Assembly: GCF_009914755.1 (NCBI RefSeq)
Contig: NC_060931.1
DNA from: the human T2T-CHM13v2.0 reference genome, Homo sapiens
Length of the DNA stretch: 64,000 nt
Direction: 5' to 3' (one strand)
A program made the translations under genes and the position numbers. The first letter of the stretch is position 1. The number at the start of each line of letters is the position of its first letter. The notes beneath the pieces are model-generated. The model saw only the letters and a program-made list of their open reading frames with translations. It was not told the origin of the DNA and searched no databases. Below, one piece after another: positions 60,145 through 64,000 of this stretch.

Positions 60145-63100
60145 AAAAACAAGAAAGAAGCTTAATGAGAAACTGGTTTGGGAAGTGTGCATTCATCTCT
60201 TAGAGTTATACTTTTCTTTGGATTCAGCAGTTTGGTAACCCTATTTTTGTCTATATTGCGAAGGGACATTTGGGAGCTCATTTAGGCCAATGTTGAAAAG
60301 CGAACATCCCAGGATAAAAACTAGAAGAAAGTTATCAGAGAAACAAATTCATGATGTGTGCATTCATCTCACAGAGTTAAACCTTTCTCTGGATTCAGGA
60401 GTTTGGAAACACTGTTTTTGTCCAATCTGCGAATGGACATTTAGGACCTCATTGGGGCAAAAAAGTTAATATACCAGGAAAAAAACTAGAAGGAAGTTAT
60501 TTGAGAAACAGATTTGTGATGAGTGCATTCATCTAGCAGAGTTAAAACTTCCTTTTCAGTCAGCAGTTTGGAAACACTGTTTTCTTAGAATCTGTGAAGA
60601 GATATTTTTTGTAGCGCATTGAGGCCTACGGTAAAAAAAAAAAAATAACATCACATCAAAACTAGAAAGAGGCCTAACAAGAAACTGGTTTGGGATGTGT
60701 GCATCCATCTCAGAGAGTTAAACCTTTTTTTGGATTCAGCACGTTGGTAACACTGTGTTTGTCCAATATTGGAATGGACATTTTGCAGCTCATTGAGGAA
60801 GATGGTGAAAAAGCTAATATCCCAAGATAAAAACTAGAAGGATGTTATCTGAGAAACTGCTTTGTGATGTCTGCATTCATCTAGCAGAGTTAAATCTTTC
60901 TTTTCATTCAGCAGTTTGGAAACACTGTTTTTGTAGAAACTGAGAAAGGATATTTGGTAATGCATTGAGGCATAGGGTGAAAAAGGAAATATCTTCAGAT
61001 AACAACTAGAAAGAAGCTTTCTGAGAAACTGCTTTGTGATGTGTGCATTCAACTCACAGAGTTAAAACTTTCCATGGATTCAGCAGTTTGATAAGACTGT
61101 TTCTGTCCGTTCTGTGAATGGACATTTGGGAGCTCATTGAGGCCAATGGCAATAAGTGAATATCCCAGGATAAAAACTGGAAGGAAGCTATCTGAGAAAT
61201 TGCTTTACGATGTGAGCATTCACCTCATAGAATTAAACTTTTATTTTCCTTCAGCAGTCTGGAAACACTGTTTTGGCAGAATCTGTGAAGGAATATTTGG
61301 GAGTGCATTGAGGATTATGGTGAAAAAGTTAAATATTTCTTTTCATTCTGAAGTGTTGAAACACTGTTTTTGAAGAATCTGTGAATGGACATTTGGGATC
61401 TAATTGAGGTAAAAAGTGAAAAAGCGAATATCCTCAGAAAAAACTAGAAGGAGTCTATCTGAGAAAACTCTCTCTCACATGAGGATTCATCTCTCAGAGT
61501 TAAACCTTTCTATTTATTCAGCAGTTTGGAAACACTGCTTTCATAGAATCTGCAAAGTTATATCTGGGAGCACACTGAGGCCTATGGTTAAAAAGAAATA
61601 TCTTCAGATGAAAATTAGAAAGAAGTTTTCTGAGAAACTACTTTGTGATTTGTGCATTCATCTCAAGGAGATAAACCTTCCTTTGGATTCAGCAATTTGG
61701 AAACTGTTTTTGTCCATTCTGAGAAAAGACATTTGGGAGCTCATTGATGCCAATTGCGAAAAAGTGAATATCCCAGGATAAAAACTAGAAGGAAGCTATC
61801 TGAGAAACTGCTTTGTGATGTGCACATTCACTTCACAGAGTTAAACATTTCTTTTCATTCAGCAGCCTGGAAAAACTGTTTTTCTTTTTTTTTCCGAATC
61901 CATGAAGACATATTTCTGAGCACATTGATGCCTATGGTGAAAATGGAAATATCTTCAGAAAAAAACGAGAAAGAAGCTTTCTGAGACACTGCTTTGTTAT
62001 GTGTGCATTCATGTCACAGAGTTAAACCTTTCTTTGGATTCCACAGTTTGTAAACACTGTTGTTGTAGATTCTGCAAGGAGATATTTGGAGCTCATTGAG
62101 GCCAAAGGTGAAAAAGTGAATATCCCAGGAAAAAAACTAGAAGGAAGCTATCTGAGAAACAGCTTTGGGATATGTGCATTCATCTTTCAGAATTAAAATT
62201 CTTTTCCTTTGGCAGTTTGGAAACGCTGCTTTTGTAGAATCTGTGAAGGGATATTAGAGAGAGCATTAAGGCCTATGATGAAAAAGGAAATATCTTTAGA
62301 CAAAAAATAGAAAGAAGATTTCAGAGAAACTGCTTTGTGCTGAATGCATTCATGTCACAGAGTGAAACCTTTCTATACATTCAGCAGTTTGGAAACATTC
62401 TTTTTCTCCATTCTGTGAATGGACATTTGCTATCTCACTGAGACCAATGGGAAAAAGCCAATATCCCAGGATAAAAACTAAAAGGAAACTATCTGACAGA
62501 CCACTTTGTGATGTGTGCATTCATTGCACAGAGTTAAACCTTTCTTTTCATTCAGCAGTTTGGAAACATGGTTTTGGGAGAATGTGAGAAGGGATATTTC
62601 AGAGTGCCTTGAGGTCTTTAGTGAAAAAGCAAATATCTTCAGATAAAAACAAGAAAGAAACTTTCTGAGAAACTGCTTTGTGTTGTGATATGTGCATTCA
62701 TCTCACAGAGTTAATAATTTCTTTGAATTCTGCAGCTTGGAAACACTGTTTTTGTAGACTCTGCAAAGGGGTATTTGGGAGATCAATGAGGCCAAAGGCG
62801 AAAAATCTAATATCCCAGGGTAAAATATACAGGGAAGCTATCTGAGAAACCAAATTGTGATGTGTGTATTCTTCTCACATGGTTAAACCTTTCTTTTCAT
62901 TTGGCAGTTTGGAAACGCTGTTTTGGTAGTATCTGCAAAGGAATACTTGGGAGAGCATTGAGGCCTATGGTGAAAAAGGAAATCTCTTCAGTTGAAAACT
63001 AGAAAGAAGCTTTCTTAAAAACTGCCTTGTGATGTGTGTGTTCATCTCACAGAGTGAAACCTTTCTTTAGATCCAGCAGTTTGGAAACACTGTTTTTGTC

Positions 63101-64000
63101 CATTCTGTGAATGGACATTTGGGAGCCTTTTGAAGCCAGTGGCAAAAAATCGAATATCCCAGTATAAGAAGTAGAAGGAAGCTATCTGAGAAAACTCTTT
63201 GTGTTCTGTGAATTCATCTTGCAGAGTTAAGCCTTTCTTTTCATTTAGCAAGTTTGAAAACACTGTTTATGTAGAATATCTGAAGGGATATTTGGGAGCA
63301 CATTGAAGCCTATGGTAAAAAAAGAAATATCTTCAGAAAAAAACTAGAAAGAAGCTTTCTGAGAAACTGCTTTCTGATGTAGGCATTCATCTCACAGAGT
63401 GACACCTTTCTTTGGATTCAGCAGTTTGGAAACACTGTTTTTGTACAATTTTCGTGGAGATATTTGGGATCTCATTGAGGCCAAAGGCAAAAAAGCAAAT
63501 ATCCCAGTATAAAAACTAGAATGAAACTGAGAAATGGCTTTGTGATGTGTGCCTTCATCTCGCAGAGTTAAACTTTTCTTTTCATTCAGCAGTTTGGAAA
63601 CAATGTTTTTGTTGAATCTGTGAAGGGATATTTAGGAGAGCATTGGGGCTTATGGTGAAAAAGGAAATATCTTAGGATATAAACTAGAAAGAGGATTTCT
63701 TAGAAACTGCTTTGTGATGTGTGCATTCATCTCACAGCATTCTTTCTTTGGATCTCACAACTTTCTTTGGATCCAGCAGTTTGGAAACACTGTTTTTGTC
63801 CATTCTGCTGATGGACATTTGGGAGCCCTTTGACACCAAAGGCAAAAAAGTGAATATCCCACCATAAGAAGTAGATGGAAGCTCTGTGAGAAACCACTTT
63901 GTGTTGTGTGCCTTCATCTCATAGGGTTAAACCTTTCTTTTCTTTCAGAAATTTGGAACACTGTTTATGTAGAATCTCTGAAGGGATATTTGGGAGGGTA
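60145..64000 (+). repeat. Alpha satellite, forward orientation, runs off the right edge
   Basis: Monomer phase resumes exactly after the TSD (aagaaagaagcttaatgagaaac). Confidence 0.98.

Overview
Primate (human-like) pericentromeric heterochromatin with no protein-coding host genes, RNA genes or CRISPR array. About 55 kb of the 64 kb is diverged ~171-172 bp alpha satellite of an old type. It has an A-box (pJalpha) motif, no CENP-B box that I could find, and an underlying ~343 bp two-monomer rhythm. The satellite switches strand twice, leaving a reverse block at ~15.7-29.6 kb. It is interrupted by the 5' half of an L1PA4-like LINE-1 (1-2946, minus), an AluY-like SINE (13688-13980), and a tailless internal L1 ORF2 fragment lying exactly on the second strand switch (29632-30344). 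It also holds two different L1 3' ends fused back-to-back (37078-40524) and a 5'-truncated L1PA2-like insertion with a perfect 14 bp TSD (58661-60144). All long ORFs are disrupted L1 ORF1/ORF2/ORF0 pieces; the remaining short ORFs are satellite, Alu or L1 off-frame/antisense artefacts. I found no new gene system. The most interesting signals are structural: nested decayed higher-order repeats (2-, 4-, 6-, 18- and ~30-monomer periods), a 9-bp-stem hairpin in one monomer class with apparent loop flips and template-switch mutations, and rearrangement junctions marked by L1 fragments. Subfamily names and offsets were read by eye, not computed.
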